Assembly (NCBI GenBank): GCA_026388515.1
Contig: JAPLJO010000167.1
Location: 1-54,407 of the forward strand
Source: Deltaproteobacteria bacterium
GTDB taxonomy: Bacteria; Desulfobacterota; Syntrophia; Syntrophales; UBA2210
DNA length: 54,407 bases
Reading direction: 5' to 3'
In this document: in pieces, positions 1 to 8,618 of the stretch
Position numbering within the stretch: the first letter of the stretch is position 1
How the letters are laid out: the number at the start of each line of letters is the position of its first letter
The notes under the pieces: generated by a model
Database searches by the model: none
Seen by the model: only the letters and a program-made list of their open reading frames with translations
What the model was told of the DNA's origin: nothing
Program-made: the position numbers and the translations under genes

Positions 1-226
1 TTTCCTCCACCGTCACGGCGTAGCTCATGGTATCCATATCGGCGCCGCCCAGTTCACGGGGCGCCTGGATGCCGAAGTAGCCGAGCTTCCCCATCCGCTC
101 CACCATTTCCCAGGGGAAGCGGGCCTCCCGGTCGATGTCGCCGGCAATGGGCGCGAGTTCACGCTCGCAGAACGCCCGTACCGACCGCCGGACGGCACGG
201 CTTTTTTCAGAAAGCAGTGTGTTCAT
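1..226 (-). CDS. Acyl-CoA dehydrogenase, N-terminal part (runs off the window)
   Basis: Manual translation from the ATG at 226: MNTLLSEKSRAVRRSVRAFCERELAPIAGDIDREARFPWEMVERMGKLGYFGIQAPRELGGADMD..., a typical ACAD N-terminal helical domain. GAGG RBS upstream. Not in the ORF track because it has no stop in the window. Confidence 0.85.
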   Translation of the reverse strand, partial: MNTLLSEKSRAVRRSVRAFCERELAPIAGDIDREARFPWEMVERMGKLGYFGIQAPRELGGADMDTMSYAVTVEE

Positions 227-288
227 GTCGCCTCAATCGAATCCGTGACGGCAGGATATTATTCACTAATACTCGCAGGTAGGGCGTG

Positions 289-317
289 ACGCTACCAGAA
301 ATCGGAAGGCGAGTCAA
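289..317 (-). promoter_or_regulatory. Putative sigma70 promoter for the divergent acyl-CoA dehydrogenase
   Basis: On the minus strand TTGACT-17 nt-TAGCGT. Confidence 0.35.
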
Positions 318-360
318 TACACAGGGCCGATCCTTGACGGGAGAGCAAATACTATAGATT

Positions 361-385
361 CCTCCCCCTTTGATGGGGGAGGGGA
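361..385. repeat. REP-like hairpin (CCTCCCCC...GGGGGAGG type)
   Basis: cctccccc-tttgat-gggggagg stem-loop; similar elements at 8475, 50703 and 50969. Confidence 0.45.
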
Positions 386-470
386 CGTACACAAGGAATG
401 GTGAAATTTCCTTTACAGGACCTGGCTTCTGGATTACAAGGCAGGGGCATTTTTCAAAGAGGCGCAATTC

Positions 471-1298
471 ATGACGACGGTACCGAAGGATGCGGCAACG
501 GTCATGCTTGTCCGGGACATGAGCGGGCAGGAGGGCGGGGGAATGCAGATCCTCATGATGCGCCGTCACCCGAAAAGCGACTTCGTCCCCGGTTCATATG
601 TATTCCCGGGCGGCGCCCTCGAGGATGAGGATTGCCTTTCCGGAACGGAGTGCCGGTGCGCCGGGCTTGACCGCAGTCGTGCCACTGCAATCCTCGCGGA
701 TGCGGCAGTCCCGGAGTACGCCCTCGGGATATGGGTGGCGGCAATCCGCGAGACCTTCGAGGAGGCGGGCATTCTTCTCGCCAGCCGTGAGAATGGGGCG
801 CTCGTCTCCGTGGAGTCGCCCCGTGAGCGTGAGAACTTCTCATCATACCGCCGGATGCTCGCCGTGCGGGAGTTATCCTTTTCGGAAATGCTCGAAAGGG
901 AGAAGCTCACGCTGGCAACCGACAGGCTTCACTACTACTCCCACTGGATCACCCCGGAGCTTTCACCCATACGGTACGACACGCGGTTCTTCGTCTGCGA
1001 AGCGCCGCCGTTCCAGACGGCCTTTCATGACGGCGTCGAGCTGACGGCTCACCACTGGATCGAGCCGCAGCGGGCCCTCGAGGACTATGACAAAGGAACG
1101 ATCCGAATGGTGATTCCCACCGTTGTGACGCTTGAAGAGCTTTCCCGTTTTTCCAGCGCCGCCGATGTCATTGCGTCGACTGAAGGGAAGACAATCCCGG
1201 CAAACCTTGTGCAGATTTCCATTGACGAGGCGAACAACATCATCGCGTATACACCCGACGGGCGCGAGTTCACAATCAAGACCCGCGCCGTTCGATAA
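471..1298 (+). CDS. Nudix hydrolase (NUDT19-like, probable acyl-CoA diphosphatase)
   Basis: AATVML...YVFPGG, AAIRETFEEAG Nudix box, HWITP...RYDTRFF motifs. Confidence 0.85.
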   Translation: MTTVPKDAATVMLVRDMSGQEGGGMQILMMRRHPKSDFVPGSYVFPGGALEDEDCLSGTECRCAGLDRSRATAILADAAVPEYALGIWVAAIRETFEEAGILLASRENGALVSVESPRERENFSSYRRMLAVRELSFSEMLEREKLTLATDRLHYYSHWITPELSPIRYDTRFFVCEAPPFQTAFHDGVELTAHHWIEPQRALEDYDKGTIRMVIPTVVTLEELSRFSSAADVIASTEGKTIPANLVQISIDEANNIIAYTPDGREFTIKTRAVR

Positions 1299-1322
1299 AA
1301 CTTCTCACGAGGAGAGTACACT

Positions 1323-2111
1323 ATGAAACTGATGGAGTTATTCAGGCTTGACGGCAAGACCGCGCTCATTACGGGCGGCGGTCGCGGCATCGGAAAATTC
1401 ATCGCCACCGGGCTCGCCGAGGCGGGGGCGAATATCGTCATCACGTCCCGCAAGCTCGCGAACCTCCAGAAGACGGCAGATGAGATCGCCGCATCCTGCG
1501 GCGTGAAGACGCTGGCTATGGCGGGCGACATCGCGAAGGAAGAAGACATTGACGCGATTCTCGCCGCGATGAAGGAACGGTTCCCCCGTATCGATATACT
1601 GGTCAACAACGCGGGCGCCACCTGGGGCGCACCGACACTCAAGTTCCCCCTCGAGCGGTGGGACCAGCTGTTCAACGTGAATGTGCGCGGCGTGTGGATA
1701 CTCACGCAGAAGGTCGGGAACATGATGAAGGATGCCGGCGGCGGCACGATTATCAACATTTCATCGGTCATGGGATTCCGCGGCTCCGAGGAAATGTCGC
1801 ACCCCGCGGTGGCATACAACTCCACCAAGGCGGCCATCAACATCCTCACCATGAACCTCGCCGTGAAGCTGGCGCCCCATAAAATCAGGGTCAATGCCAT
1901 CGCGCCGGGCTTTTTCCGCACCGATATGATGGCGTACATTGAAAAGCCGGAATTCGAAAAAGCGCTTGAAGCGACGATGGACAAGATTCCGCTCCGCCGT
2001 ATGGGCGACATCGACGACATGAAGGGTGTGGCCGTGTTCCTCGCCTCCGACGCCTCGGCCTACATGACGGGACATATCCTTCTCGTGGACGGGGGAATGC
2101 TGGCAAAGTAA
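1323..2111 (+). CDS. Classical short-chain dehydrogenase/reductase
   Basis: TGGGRGIG, NNAG, catalytic YNSTK, VNAIAPG, VDGG; GAGGAG RBS. Confidence 0.9.
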   Translation: MKLMELFRLDGKTALITGGGRGIGKFIATGLAEAGANIVITSRKLANLQKTADEIAASCGVKTLAMAGDIAKEEDIDAILAAMKERFPRIDILVNNAGATWGAPTLKFPLERWDQLFNVNVRGVWILTQKVGNMMKDAGGGTIINISSVMGFRGSEEMSHPAVAYNSTKAAINILTMNLAVKLAPHKIRVNAIAPGFFRTDMMAYIEKPEFEKALEATMDKIPLRRMGDIDDMKGVAVFLASDASAYMTGHILLVDGGMLAK

Positions 2112-2184
2112 AAAAAGACCGAGGGGTGCGTGTAACCATTACCACTTCAAATATTTGTCTCGTCTCGAAAATCTATTTAAAACA

Positions 2185-2232
2185 TTGACAGCCCCCGTTA
2201 AAAATGGTTTATCTAAACCGTTTCAACGGGGG
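2185..2232 (+). promoter_or_regulatory. TTGACA -35 box followed by a 41-bp imperfect inverted repeat (possible operator)
   Basis: TTGACA at 2185-2190; CCCCCGTTAAAAATGGTTT-ATCT-AAACCGTTTCAACGGGGG at 2192-2232; -10 box weak. Confidence 0.4.
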
Positions 2233-2267
2233 TTTACATACTAAGGAGGAACCAATGTCGTAACGTT

Positions 2268-2308
2268 ACCCTGTTTTCTCGTTGTGGTGAGAAGCAGGGT
2301 TTTTTATT
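2268..2308 (+). terminator. Intrinsic terminator-like hairpin
   Basis: ACCCTGTTTTCTC...GAGAAGCAGGGT stem followed by TTTTTATT. Confidence 0.55.
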
Positions 2309-2523
2309 TAATCCCCTGCTCAACACACACAATCAGCGAGCGGTATCGTTTACATTACCCTGTTCCACTTCGAGCGGCGGCGTAAGAACTCCGGTTCAGG
2401 TTGGCTTCACTTCACTATCGAACGCACGACTCCACTTCGCACGCCACTCTCTGCCGCCAGTGAGTGAAAGATGAACGCATAGTGTGCAAATGTCCTGGAA
2501 TTACGTATCGGTTCACGGTGCGG

Positions 2524-2539
2524 TGGCAAATCAATTGAA
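2524..2539 (+). promoter_or_regulatory. Possible non-canonical sigma54 promoter (-12 GA instead of GC)
   Basis: TGGCAAATCAATTGAA about 40 nt upstream of the SCP2 start. Confidence 0.3.
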
Positions 2540-2579
2540 AGCATAATATTAATGAGCATCCATGAAAGGAGGAAGTACT

Positions 2580-2969
2580 ATGTCGGTCGTGTTTAAAGAT
2601 ACCGTGAAAGCAAAAGAGTTTTACAAGGCGTTCTGGACGGATCTCATCAACGAATTGGGTTCACAGATTGACATTTCATTGCTTTTTATCGTGAAGGATC
2701 CTGATTTCATGATGTACATCGACTCGAATGGAATCAAGATTGATGATGAGATTGGTGATGCGAAAGCGGATATTCAATTCACCCTTTCCGTCGACACCGC
2801 CCATCAGTTCTGGCTCAAAGAACTCAGCCTTCCCAAAGCACTTGCCACGCGTCGGGTCAGAACAAAAGGTTCGTTGCCGAAGGTAATGAAACTTCTGCCC
2901 CTTCTGAAACCCGCGTACGCGCGATACCGGGAATACTGTGAAAAATACAACCTGCCCCAGAAGATTTAG
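2580..2969 (+). CDS. Stand-alone SCP2 sterol/lipid-binding domain protein
   Basis: ADIQFTLSVDTAHQFW...LPKALATRRVRTKG...KVMKLLP is an SCP2-like pattern; start placed after the AAGGAGG RBS (ORF track starts at 2562). Confidence 0.7.
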   Translation: MSVVFKDTVKAKEFYKAFWTDLINELGSQIDISLLFIVKDPDFMMYIDSNGIKIDDEIGDAKADIQFTLSVDTAHQFWLKELSLPKALATRRVRTKGSLPKVMKLLPLLKPAYARYREYCEKYNLPQKI

Positions 2970-3064
2970 CATCGCGGCCTGCCGAGGAATCACCACATAT
3001 CCGGCTGTGAGACCGGTGCCATAATGAAACGCCGTGAAAGTAACCAGAACGAGGAGGTTTAAGC

Positions 3065-4315
3065 ATGGATTACTTGGATATAAGCCTGCAGCTGTCAGAG
3101 GATGACATCGCGATAAAAAACGCAGCCCACGAGTTTGCGGAAGAAATAATGCGGCCTGCCGCAAAAGCCCTTGACGAGATGTCCGCGGAGGATGGCGTGG
3201 CGAAGAAATCTCCGCTGTGGCCGTTCCTGAAAAAGTCTTACGAACTGGGATACCACCGGATACTGCTTCCCGAGGCATATGGCGGTTTAAGTCTCTCCCC
3301 CCTTCAGCTCAACCTTGTGCTTGAAGAGTGGGGCTGGGGGAGCATGGGGCTCGGAGTGCTGCTGGGAGTCGCCGCGTTTCCCTTTTTCGCGATTGCCCTC
3401 ACGGGTGACGATGAACTTATTGAAAAGTACGTTATTCCCTTTTGCGAGTGTACCGATGGAAGCATACGAGGCTGCTGGTGCGGCACCGAGCCGGAACACG
3501 GAAGCGACATTCTATATTTCGACGATTTCTTCAAGAACCCCAAAATCAAAGGCAACGTGCAGGCCCGGCTCAAAGGCGATTCGTGGATTATAAACGGCCA
3601 GAAATCCGCCTGGGTCTCCGGTGGAACAATTGCCACTCATGGGCTTACCTTTCTTCAGGTCGATCCATCGAAAGGCATGGCGGGAGGCGGCGTGTGTGTC
3701 GTGCCACTCGACAAGGGCGTATCGCGGGGGAAGCCCTTGGAAAAAATTGGACAGAGGGACCTCAACCAGAGTGAAGTCTTTTTCGATGACACGAAGATTC
3801 CCGCCAATCACATGATTACAGAGCCCGACTACTACCCGGAAATGGTTGATCTTATTCTCGGTGCAGCGAACGCGGCGATGTCCGCCCTGGCAACGGGGGT
3901 GGCGCGGGCGGCATTTGAAGAAGCGCTCGTTTACGCACGGGAACGGGTGCAGGGAGGGGTGCCCATTACGAAACACACCTCCGTCAGGCAGCGGCTTTTT
4001 GACATGTTTGCCAAAGTGGAAGCGTGCAGAGCCCTCTCGCGGGCGGTGTTTAATTTCAATTTCAATGTATCGCCGCCCGTCACGGAATATTCCATAGCGG
4101 CCAAGACACGGTGCACCCAGACGTGTTTTGAAGTAACCCATGAGGCAATTCAGATTCTCGGTGGGAACGGGCTTGCCAGGGAGTATCTTGTCGAAAAAAT
4201 ATTCAGGGACGCCCGGGCCTCGCTGGTGGAAGACGGCCTCAATGAAATGCTCGCGGCGGCCGGCGGCCTGACCATCACGGAAACATATCCAAGAAAAAGC
4301 AGCGATATTTATTAA
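3065..4315 (+). CDS. Acyl-CoA dehydrogenase
   Basis: TEPEHGSD, INGQKSAWVS, KIGQR, YARERVQGG, QILGGNG, RDAR motifs. Confidence 0.92.
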   Translation: MDYLDISLQLSEDDIAIKNAAHEFAEEIMRPAAKALDEMSAEDGVAKKSPLWPFLKKSYELGYHRILLPEAYGGLSLSPLQLNLVLEEWGWGSMGLGVLLGVAAFPFFAIALTGDDELIEKYVIPFCECTDGSIRGCWCGTEPEHGSDILYFDDFFKNPKIKGNVQARLKGDSWIINGQKSAWVSGGTIATHGLTFLQVDPSKGMAGGGVCVVPLDKGVSRGKPLEKIGQRDLNQSEVFFDDTKIPANHMITEPDYYPEMVDLILGAANAAMSALATGVARAAFEEALVYARERVQGGVPITKHTSVRQRLFDMFAKVEACRALSRAVFNFNFNVSPPVTEYSIAAKTRCTQTCFEVTHEAIQILGGNGLAREYLVEKIFRDARASLVEDGLNEMLAAAGGLTITETYPRKSSDIY

Positions 4316-4371
4316 GGCGGTGACTCTGGGGGCCGGCCTCTTCATCCTAAAATTAACCTCTATCAAGGAAT

Positions 4372-5664
4372 ATGAATATGAGCGGTGATGTGTATATTAT
4401 TGGAACAGGGATGACCAGGTTTGGAAAGCACCTCGACAGGAGTATCAAGTCGTTGACGGGAGAGGCTCTCGATCTTGTCCTCGCGGATTGCGGCCTGGCT
4501 CGCGCCGATATTGAGGCCGCGTGGTTCTCCAACACCTTCTGGGGCTATTACTCGTCCCAGCATTCCATACGTGGGCAGGTTGCCCTCTCCGCCGCCGGTC
4601 TTGAAGAGATTCCTATCATCAATGTGGAAAATGCCTGTGGAAGCGGCGCCACCGCCCTTCACAGTGCGTGGATGTCCGTCAAGGCGGGCCTTTACGACTG
4701 CGTCCTCGCGATAGGAGTTGAAAAGCTCTACGATCCCGACAGGGCCAAGGTCATGATGAGTTTTATCGCCGGCACCGACCTGGAAGTGACCTCACAGATG
4801 CTTGTGCGGTTCCAGGAGGAAGAAAAGAAAAGAAACGCACGTGGAGCCGAAGAAAAGCCGGGGGGCCATTCTGCCGCGATGGATCTTTATTCCATCGCCG
4901 CGCGGATCCATATGAAGAAATTCGGCACGACCCAAAAGCAATTCGCCGTCATAGCGTCGAAAGCACATAACAACTCCGTCCTAAACCCCCTGGCGCAATA
5001 CAATTTTCCCATGACGGTGGAAGAAGTGCTTGCCGACCGGGAGATTTCATATCCTCTCACACGGGCCATGTGCGCGCCGATCGGAGATGGCGCGGCTGCG
5101 GCTGTTATCTGCAGTGAGCGATTCCTGCGACGGAGCGCGTCCCCGGGCCGCGCGGCTCGTGTACGGGCTTCCGTCCTGCGATCGGGAAAAAACCTGGACC
5201 AGGATACCCTGCTCTCCATCATGCTGGAGCCTTCGGGTCACGCCGCGAAGACGGTTGCCAGCAACATCGGCGCGCGCACCTCAAAAGCGGCCTACGAAAT
5301 GGCCGGCCTCGGCCCGGAGGACCTGGATCTTGCAGAGGTGCACGACGCGAGCGCCTATGGCGAGCTCAGCCAGACGGAGCAGATGGGTTTCTGTCCCGTG
5401 GGTGAGGGAGGGCTGTTTGCCGAAAGCGGCGCCACTGCACTGGGCGGAAAGATGCCGGTGAACCCCAGCGGAGGGCTCATCGCCCGCGGGCACCCCTTGG
5501 GCGCCTCCGGCCTGGCGCAGATTCATGAGCTGATATTGCAGCTCCGCGGTGATGCGGGGGCGCGGCAGGTAAAGGGCGCCCGGATCGCCCTTGCTGAAAA
5601 CGGCGGGGGCATTATCGGCATCGGTGAGGCTTCAATGGCCATCCATATCCTGGAGAAAGCGTGA
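4372..5664 (+). CDS. SCP2-type (SCP-x) thiolase with catalytic Cys
   Basis: NVENACGSG, EVHDA, NPSGGLIARGHP, ENGGG motifs. Confidence 0.9.
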   Translation: MNMSGDVYIIGTGMTRFGKHLDRSIKSLTGEALDLVLADCGLARADIEAAWFSNTFWGYYSSQHSIRGQVALSAAGLEEIPIINVENACGSGATALHSAWMSVKAGLYDCVLAIGVEKLYDPDRAKVMMSFIAGTDLEVTSQMLVRFQEEEKKRNARGAEEKPGGHSAAMDLYSIAARIHMKKFGTTQKQFAVIASKAHNNSVLNPLAQYNFPMTVEEVLADREISYPLTRAMCAPIGDGAAAAVICSERFLRRSASPGRAARVRASVLRSGKNLDQDTLLSIMLEPSGHAAKTVASNIGARTSKAAYEMAGLGPEDLDLAEVHDASAYGELSQTEQMGFCPVGEGGLFAESGATALGGKMPVNPSGGLIARGHPLGASGLAQIHELILQLRGDAGARQVKGARIALAENGGGIIGIGEASMAIHILEKA

Positions 5665-5684
5665 ATACTAAAGGAGGAAACGGC

Positions 5685-6413
5685 ATGGGGGCGGAAGAAA
5701 AAAACAGCAACGAAACAGTCGAACGGCTGAAGACGGAATTTACCGAAACGGAAAAGATAATCCTGAGCCGCAGGAGCGTGCGCCTTTTCAAAAAAGAGCA
5801 GGTCCCCGCATTCATGATAAAAAGAATTCTGGAAGCGGGAAGGTTTGCACCGTCGGCGGGAAACAGCCAGCCCTGGAAGTTCATCGTGGTGCGGGAGCCG
5901 GAAATTATAGCGGGCATCACGAAGGATGTCGTGACGATCTGCAAGCTCTCCACGGCGCTCATCGATTACCGGCGGCCGGGGTACGGCTGGCTGCGGCCCC
6001 TTTCAAAACTCTTTATCAGGCTGAAGCACAATGACCTGCACCCCGTCCCCTTCGAGATAGTTCCCCTCATGGCAGAGGGAAAGGCCGATGTCTGGTGGGG
6101 CGCGCCCACGGTAATTCTCATATTCAAGGATGTCCGCGGCGTATCGTGCCCCGATCTTGACTGCGGCATCGCCGGCCAGAATATGGTGATCGCCGCCCAC
6201 AGCATGGGGCTTGGGACATGCTGGGTGGGCTTCGCGCGGCCCGCCTTTCAATACATGAGAAAGTGGAGCAAGTGCCTCGGCGTGGAGTATCCTTATAAAT
6301 TCGCCAGCACCCTGGCAATCGGCTGGCCCATGGGCAGTCCCAACGGCATGGTGCCACGGGATACCCATGCGACGGAATGGTTTGAGAACGGAACAAAGAC
6401 TACCATTTATTAG
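5685..6413 (+). CDS. Nitroreductase family flavoprotein
   Basis: SRRSVRLF, APSAGNSQPW, AAHSMGLGTCW; start after AAGGAGG (track starts at 5661). Confidence 0.88.
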   Translation: MGAEEKNSNETVERLKTEFTETEKIILSRRSVRLFKKEQVPAFMIKRILEAGRFAPSAGNSQPWKFIVVREPEIIAGITKDVVTICKLSTALIDYRRPGYGWLRPLSKLFIRLKHNDLHPVPFEIVPLMAEGKADVWWGAPTVILIFKDVRGVSCPDLDCGIAGQNMVIAAHSMGLGTCWVGFARPAFQYMRKWSKCLGVEYPYKFASTLAIGWPMGSPNGMVPRDTHATEWFENGTKTTIY

Positions 6414-6430
6414 GGACGAGGAGGTTTTAT

Positions 6431-6748
6431 ATGGCACAGATCAGCCTTTGGGAAAAGATATGCATCCCCACCTACAACGATCCCCGCGACACCCACCATG
6501 GGGAGGTGGCCTTCGATCATGAAAAGTGCAAGGGCTGCGCCATGTGTGCAAAGATATGCCCTGCCAATGCAATCGTCATGAAAGAAAAGAAACCTGTCAT
6601 GGTCGTCCCGCAGTTTAATTACTGCATCGCCTGCGGGTGCTGCATCGCCATATGCCCGGATGACGCAATCACCCTGAAATCGCTGTACCGGTACACAAAG
6701 TACTTCAAGACCATCGACCGCGGGGCGCCGCAGCCGCCGCGTCTGTAG
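6431..6748 (+). CDS. 2x[4Fe-4S] ferredoxin
   Basis: CKGCAMCAKICP and CIACGCCIAICP; GAGGAGG RBS. Confidence 0.9.
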   Translation: MAQISLWEKICIPTYNDPRDTHHGEVAFDHEKCKGCAMCAKICPANAIVMKEKKPVMVVPQFNYCIACGCCIAICPDDAITLKSLYRYTKYFKTIDRGAPQPPRL

Positions 6749-6773
6749 CAGCAACAAGGGAAAGGGATCAATC

Positions 6774-8351
6774 ATGGGAGACACGAGACTGAACTGGGCG
6801 GTCATCCTGGAAGAGCAGGCGGAAAAATGGAACGACAAACCGTTTCTCCATGTTCTCTACAACGACCGGTTCATCACTTACGGGGACATGGACCGCAATG
6901 CCAACAGAATGGCCCGCTATCTTCTTCAAATCGGCGGCGCGCCCGGAACCGGCGTCTCTGTGCTGATGGGAAACTCGCCCCAGTTTCTCGATATATTTTT
7001 CGGCATACAGAAGATCGGCATGTATATGAATCCCGTCAACACCGCGCTCCGCGGTGAGAGCCTTGCCTACATCATCGATAACAGCGACACGGAAATACTC
7101 GTCGTCGATCACGATCTTCTTGATTTATACAAAAGCGTACAGAGCGAAATACCCAAAATTAAAAACGTGGTCATCAATACGCTGGAAGCCCCCGATGGGT
7201 TTGTGATGCCGCGGGACATGTATGACCTCAAAGAAGCGTACCGGGACGAGATCCCATCCACAAAACCGCAGGTGGAGTTCAGCGATGATTCAATCCTGAT
7301 AATCATGTATACGTCCGGCACCACAGGCCTGCCAAAAGGCGTGGTGGCACGATACAACAGGAATATCCTGGAAAGGTTGAAACCCCTCGTTGGGCTGCTC
7401 CTGCCGCCGGATACCATTTATTACACCCCGCTTCCTCTTTTTCACGGCAACGCCCTTTTCGTTACCGTGACAATGGCATTGATTGTGGGAGGAACCGTCG
7501 CGCTCAACAAAAAATTCAGCGCGAGCCGCTTCTGGGAAGACATCCATCACGCCCGGGCCACCATCTTCAATACCATAGGCGCCATACTGCCGATTCTCAT
7601 GAAGCAGCCTGAAAACGTTCATGAAAAAAACAACACCATCAATTACGTTCTCTCGGGAGGATGCCCGGCGAGTCTCTGGGAGCCTTTTGAAAGCCGCTTC
7701 GGGGTGAAACTCTGGGAAGTGTACGGCGCCGTGGACGGCACCGGGCAGCTTATCAATCTCGGCGACGGCCCCAAAGGCTCAATAGGAAAACCGGTGAATT
7801 ACGTGATCAGGATCATCGATGAAAAGGGAAACGATATTCCCCCCGGACAGCCCGGAGAGCTTCTTTTTCAGGTACAGAAAGACAGGAAAAGCACCGTCGA
7901 GTATTATAAAAACAGAGAGGCAACCGAAGAAAAGACACGGGGCGAATGGGAGTACACGGGCGACCTGGTGTATCAGGATGAACAGGGATACCTTTACTTC
8001 GTCGGCCGATGCACCGATTCCATGAGAAGGCGTGGTGAGAATGTGTCGGCATACGAAGTGGAAAAAATAATTCTCAAACACCCTGCGGTGCTGGAATGCG
8101 CGGTCTACGGCGTACCCTCGGAACTGACCGAAGACGATATAATGGCCGCCGTAAAACCGGTCGAAGGTATGAAAATAGAGCCGAAGGAATTATGGAACTT
8201 TCTTGAGGACAAACTCGCTCGCTTTGCCATCCCGCGCTACATTCGAATCGTCGACGATTTCCCCAGAACAGAAACCTTCAGAATCAGGAAGAACGAACTG
8301 AAAGCAGAAGGCATCACACAGGATACCTTTGACGCCGAAGAGGGGAATTAA
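6774..8351 (+). CDS. Acyl-CoA synthetase (AMP-binding, CaiC-like)
   Basis: YTSGTTGLPKG, LPLFHGNA, YTGD, RRRGENVSAYEVE motifs. Confidence 0.92.
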   Translation: MGDTRLNWAVILEEQAEKWNDKPFLHVLYNDRFITYGDMDRNANRMARYLLQIGGAPGTGVSVLMGNSPQFLDIFFGIQKIGMYMNPVNTALRGESLAYIIDNSDTEILVVDHDLLDLYKSVQSEIPKIKNVVINTLEAPDGFVMPRDMYDLKEAYRDEIPSTKPQVEFSDDSILIIMYTSGTTGLPKGVVARYNRNILERLKPLVGLLLPPDTIYYTPLPLFHGNALFVTVTMALIVGGTVALNKKFSASRFWEDIHHARATIFNTIGAILPILMKQPENVHEKNNTINYVLSGGCPASLWEPFESRFGVKLWEVYGAVDGTGQLINLGDGPKGSIGKPVNYVIRIIDEKGNDIPPGQPGELLFQVQKDRKSTVEYYKNREATEEKTRGEWEYTGDLVYQDEQGYLYFVGRCTDSMRRRGENVSAYEVEKIILKHPAVLECAVYGVPSELTEDDIMAAVKPVEGMKIEPKELWNFLEDKLARFAIPRYIRIVDDFPRTETFRIRKNELKAEGITQDTFDAEEGN

Positions 8352-8397
8352 GGTATCCTCATCAGTCCATGCCGAGGCCGACCCGTTGACCTCTGCC

Positions 8398-8426
8398 GTC
8401 ATTCCCGCGCAGGCGGGAATACAGAC
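8398..8426. repeat. REP-like palindrome GTCATTCCC-N8-GGGAAT
   Basis: gtcATTCCCgcgcaggcGGGAATacag, the same core as Neisseria dRS3-type repeats. Confidence 0.6.
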
Positions 8427-8437
8427 ATGTTTCTCAA

Positions 8438-8474
8438 GCAGGGGGCCGACCCGTGTATCGGCCCCCTGCCTTTT
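8438..8474 (+). terminator. Hairpin (terminator or GTAG-type REP) after the CoA ligase
   Basis: GCAGGGGGCCGA-N8-TCGGCCCCCTGC perfect 12-bp stem, then CTTTT. Confidence 0.6.
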
Positions 8475-8618
8475 CTCCCCCTCTTGAGAAGGACCGGGGT
8501 GTGTTTCCTTAATGTATCTCAACGCCCTGGATTCCATTGAATGATCAACATGAATGACCTTGCAGGTTAGTCACACTTCCCTTATATATTAAAGTTATCC
8601 AGTCATGGGAGAATATTC

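Noticed and set aside
2340-2465. Short recurring motifs (TTACCCTGTT, CCACTTCG) suggesting an array or attC site
   Set aside because: Irregular spacing, too short, and no cas or integrase genes; not a CRISPR array or a convincing attC
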